DNA of 62,062 nucleotides, filler included, from Pseudomonadota bacterium (lineage in GTDB: Bacteria > Desulfobacterota > Desulfobacteria > Desulfobacterales > JBDRRP01): the NCBI GenBank assembly GCA_043825735.1. It is 4 parts of 4 records of this genome, joined end to end, with 100 filler letters (N's around TTAATTAATTAA, not from the genome) between each part and the next. Parts side by side here need not be neighbours in the genome. Positions count along the whole stretch, not along the records: positions 53,773 to 62,062 come from JBDRRP010000099.1; 3 more parts are not named here. One strand, 5' to 3'. Positions 58,591-62,062 of this stretch are shown piece by piece. A program made the position numbers and the translations under genes. Position 1 is the first letter of the stretch. Every line of letters begins with the position of its first letter. Below the pieces are notes generated by a model that was given only the letters and a program-made list of their open reading frames with translations, was not told where the DNA came from and searched no databases.

Positions 58591-61212
58591 ATGCTACCAA
58601 AAACGATTCGAAACAGTTTGGTTTTTCTGGCCATTGTGACAGCGGCAGCCCTGATTTTAGCCGCAAGCGGTCTGAAATCCATTGTACCCTGGCGGTCAGC
58701 TAACATCCTGCCCGGTGATGGCTTGCGCCTGGGCCTGGATCTCCAGGGTGGTCTGCATCTTCTGTTGAAGGTAAACCTGCCGCGTGCCGTGCAGAACCAG
58801 CTGGAGGTCGCTGCGGCCGAGGCCGTCCGGACACTGCGAGACAATCAAATAATCGTCAGGGCACGCCCGGCAACGGTCGCCAATCGGATCCGCTTTGGTT
58901 TTAGAGACGCCGATCAGGCAACAGCGGCACGCTCGGTCCTCCGGAAGAACTTTCCCTTCCTGTCTGTTGGTTCCGAAAACCAACAACCCGGGGAGGCCAA
59001 TTTGGAATTGACCTTAACGGATTCAGAGATCCGGAGCATCGAAACCCGCGCTGTGGAGCAATGCCTTGAGATCATTCGCAACCGTATCGATCAGTTTGGC
59101 GTGGCCGAACCACTGCTGGTTCAACAAGGTAGGGATCAAATCGTCGTCCAACTGCCGGGACTCAAAGATCCGGGACGGGCCATCGAACTGATCGGTGAAA
59201 CCGCCCAGTTGGAATTCAAGATTGTTGACGACCAGGCGTCGGCGGACCTTTCCGCCTGGATCGCCGAAGCACTTCGCACGGGCCGCTTGGAGAAAGGCTT
59301 CACCCACCAGGAACTGAACCAGGCCATCAAGGATCTGCTTCCTTCCGGTGACGAGGTTCATATGGAAAAACGGCTTGACCGGGAAACAGGGCAGATAATC
59401 ACCAGGCCGATGCTGGTGCACAAGGCGACCTTGATGACGGGCGAAGCCCTTCTAACAGCCCAGGTACAGATCGGCGGTGATTTCAACGAACCCTATGTTG
59501 GCCTGACGTTTAATAACAGAGGTGCCCGATTGTTTGAACGGATCACCACCGAAAATGTGGGGCAACGGCTGGCCATCATTCTTGACAACGTGGTCAAGTC
59601 CGCTCCGGTCATCCGGGAACCGATTTCAGGCGGCAAAGCCCAGATCAGCGGCGACTTTACCACTGAGGAAGCCGGCGACCTGGCCATTGTGCTCCGCGCG
59701 GGCTCCCTGCCGGCTCCGGTGGATATCGTTCAGAACCTGACGGTCGGCCCGTCCCTGGGCCGGGATTCCATTCAAAAAGGTATTAACTCCGCCATCCTGG
59801 GGACGGCACTGGTGGTCGGATTCATGGTGGCGATCTACCGCATCTCCGGGGTCATTGCCAATGGAGCGCTGCTGCTGAACCTGGTGTTCATGCTTGCGGC
59901 AATGTCGCTGTTCCGGGCCACGCTGACCCTGCCGGGTCTGGCCGGCATCGTACTGTCCATAGGCATGGCCGTAGATACCAACGTGCTGATTTTTGAACGG
60001 ATGCGGGAGGAACTGGCACTTAAACAACACCTCCGTTCGGCAATTGAAAACGGTTACGCCAACGCGCTGTGGACCATCGTTGACTCCCACGTGACCGCCC
60101 TGATCACGGCCCTTGCACTCTTCTTGTTCGGCACCGGCCCCATCAAAGGTTTCGCGGTTACGCTGAGCCTGGGCATTGTATTCAACCTTTTCACCGCTTT
60201 GTATGCCACCAAGGTCGTCTATGGCTACCTGACATTCACCCGACGGCTCAAAGGGTTGCGCTTCCTGCGCCTCATCAACAAGCCGAACATCGATTTCATC
60301 GGTTGGCGCAAGGCGGCCTTCGCCTTTTCCACAATCCTGGTCGGACTGGGGCTTCTGGCAATAGTCCAGATCCACCGCGGCCACGCCAACCTCGGTGTCG
60401 ACCTGTCCGGCGGGACGATGGCACAATTCCGGGCCCGGCAGGACTTCCGGCTCGAGGATGTACGGGCTGCTCTGATCCGTCACAAACTGAGCGGCTGTGA
60501 GCTTCAGGAGGTACCCAGGGAACACCTGTTGATCGTGCGGGTAAAACAGCCGGATCAGACGGTTTCCAAAGTGGTCGATCAGATAACGACGGTGCTTGCC
60601 AGTGATTTTCCGCAACACCATTTCACTTTAGAAAGCAGCGCGGCGGTCGGTGCATCTGTCAGCCGGGATCTGAAACATGCGGCGCTGATCGCCGTTTCAA
60701 TCTCACTGGTCGGGTTTATCTTATACCTGGCCTGGCGTTTTGATCGCCGCTACGGCGTTGCGGCCGCCGCCGCGACTTTCCATGACGTTTTGGCCGTATT
60801 GGGACTGTTCTATCTGCTGGACAAGGAGATCACCTTGCTGGTTATCACGGCATTACTGACGCTGGCCGGATACTCGTTGACCGACACGGTGGTGGTCTTT
60901 GACCGCATTCGCGAAAACACGGTCAAACAAAAGCGTCAGGACCTCGGAACGGTAATCAACCTTAGTATCAATGAGGTGTTCACCCGTACCGTCATCACTT
61001 CCGTTACCGTACTGCTGGTGCTTGCGGCATTATTGTGTCTCGGGGGCGAACTGCTTCGTGATTTTGCCCTGGCCCTGACCGTGGGTGTCGTCGTGGGAAC
61101 TTACTCGTCGATTTTCGTGGCCAGTCCTATCGTTTACATCTGGTCGGCCTCCGGCAAAGCCTTCCGGAAAATCGGCCGGCCCCGCAACACAGTCTCAACG
61201 CGCACCGGATAG
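58591..61212 (+). CDS. secDF: Protein translocase SecDF fusion
   Basis: LGLDLQGG, RNRIDQFGVAEP, VGPSLG, GMAVDTNVLIFER, GVDLSGG, HDV, GYSLTDTVVVFDRIRE, GTYSS. Confidence 0.95.
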   Translation: MLPKTIRNSLVFLAIVTAAALILAASGLKSIVPWRSANILPGDGLRLGLDLQGGLHLLLKVNLPRAVQNQLEVAAAEAVRTLRDNQIIVRARPATVANRIRFGFRDADQATAARSVLRKNFPFLSVGSENQQPGEANLELTLTDSEIRSIETRAVEQCLEIIRNRIDQFGVAEPLLVQQGRDQIVVQLPGLKDPGRAIELIGETAQLEFKIVDDQASADLSAWIAEALRTGRLEKGFTHQELNQAIKDLLPSGDEVHMEKRLDRETGQIITRPMLVHKATLMTGEALLTAQVQIGGDFNEPYVGLTFNNRGARLFERITTENVGQRLAIILDNVVKSAPVIREPISGGKAQISGDFTTEEAGDLAIVLRAGSLPAPVDIVQNLTVGPSLGRDSIQKGINSAILGTALVVGFMVAIYRISGVIANGALLLNLVFMLAAMSLFRATLTLPGLAGIVLSIGMAVDTNVLIFERMREELALKQHLRSAIENGYANALWTIVDSHVTALITALALFLFGTGPIKGFAVTLSLGIVFNLFTALYATKVVYGYLTFTRRLKGLRFLRLINKPNIDFIGWRKAAFAFSTILVGLGLLAIVQIHRGHANLGVDLSGGTMAQFRARQDFRLEDVRAALIRHKLSGCELQEVPREHLLIVRVKQPDQTVSKVVDQITTVLASDFPQHHFTLESSAAVGASVSRDLKHAALIAVSISLVGFILYLAWRFDRRYGVAAAAATFHDVLAVLGLFYLLDKEITLLVITALLTLAGYSLTDTVVVFDRIRENTVKQKRQDLGTVINLSINEVFTRTVITSVTVLLVLAALLCLGGELLRDFALALTVGVVVGTYSSIFVASPIVYIWSASGKAFRKIGRPRNTVSTRTG

Positions 61213-61268
61213 TCATTCCGACGCTGCCTAAGATTTTCGTTGGCCGTCGCCTGTCTTTGGTGGAAAAA

Positions 61269-61997
61269 ATGAATACTTCGAGTCATAGCGCAATCGATCT
61301 GCCGCGTATCCTGGACAGCATGGAGACAATGCGGAACCGGTTAATCCGCATGGGGGTGCTCGTCTTTCTGCTGTCGGCCGGCGGTTACCTTCTGGCCGGA
61401 AGAGTACTGGGATATTTGCAAAAGGCCACCGGGGCACACCTGGTGGCCTACGGCTTGCCCGACGCCTTTATCGGATATATCACCATTTCCCTGGCCATTG
61501 GCCTGGCCGCCGCTTTTCCGTTCATCTTACATGAAATGCTGGCGATGGTGTCACAGCGGTTTCCGGAATTTTCACACCGGATGCGGCTGGGATTCTGGCT
61601 GGTTTCAATAGCGCTGTTTTATCTGGGCCTATACTTCAGCCTCCTCATCACCCTGCCCTACGGCAGCCAGTTTCTTCTCGATTTCGAAACCGAACGGATC
61701 AAAGCGGTCATTTCCGTTCGAAAATTCATCGGATTCTGCCTTGTTTTCATATTCGGCTTCGGGCTGATCTTTGAACTGCCCGTGGTGATGGTGCTGTTGG
61801 GAAAACTCGGCCTGGTGGATGTCGAGAAGCTGGCCGGCGGCCGGCGTTACGCCATACTGGCCATTACCATCGTATCGGCGATATTGACCCCGACACCGGA
61901 CCTTTTCAATCTGGCACTGATGGCCGTTCCATTGTATCTGCTGTTCGAAGTGGGAATCGTCGGCATGCGCATCGGGCGCAAGAAGATTGACAATTGA
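61269..61997 (+). CDS. tatC: Twin-arginine translocase subunit TatC (divergent)
   Basis: About 6 TM, FGLIFELP, RRYA, AILTPTPD, PLYLLFE. Confidence 0.9.
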   Translation: MNTSSHSAIDLPRILDSMETMRNRLIRMGVLVFLLSAGGYLLAGRVLGYLQKATGAHLVAYGLPDAFIGYITISLAIGLAAAFPFILHEMLAMVSQRFPEFSHRMRLGFWLVSIALFYLGLYFSLLITLPYGSQFLLDFETERIKAVISVRKFIGFCLVFIFGFGLIFELPVVMVLLGKLGLVDVEKLAGGRRYAILAITIVSAILTPTPDLFNLALMAVPLYLLFEVGIVGMRIGRKKIDN

Positions 61998-62062
61998 ACC
62001 GAAAAAGCGAGCACATTCCCCGCAGCAACTCGACTTGAGGCCTTCGAGTGAGCCTCAGCCGA

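Overview
GC-rich DNA resembling a Desulfobacterales-type sulfate reducer. The window is four contigs joined by three artificial 100-nt N/TTAATTAATTAA spacers (11046-11145, 42212-42311, 53673-53772), so adjacency across the gaps is unproven. Housekeeping content includes glycerophosphodiesterase/glpD, a PPIase, a cold-shock protein, lexA, tsaD, nagZ, mltG, korDABC, a TPP-riboswitch thiSGHEC-hemW operon, selB, tRNA-His and tRNA-Arg(UCG). Main points of interest: (1) an ANTAR-type dual-hairpin/terminator leader in front of a cluster joining MvhD and MetV/MetF to a split glutamate-synthase-like enzyme (two FMN-type subunits plus a GATase-GXGXG subunit); (2) dense, nested palindromic mini-elements: modular MITE-like elements, 19-45 bp hairpin cassettes inserted inside other repeats, 9-nt-periodic arms around an internally deleted GxxExxY gene, a RAYT-like transposase, and a group IIC-like intron inserted into a REP-like hairpin; (3) an integrative element at tRNA-Arg whose integrase carries a zinc-finger insert; (4) an orphan oadB-receiver-DASS-secDF-tatC cluster. 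All calls come from reading the sequence and recognising motifs; no database searches were run.
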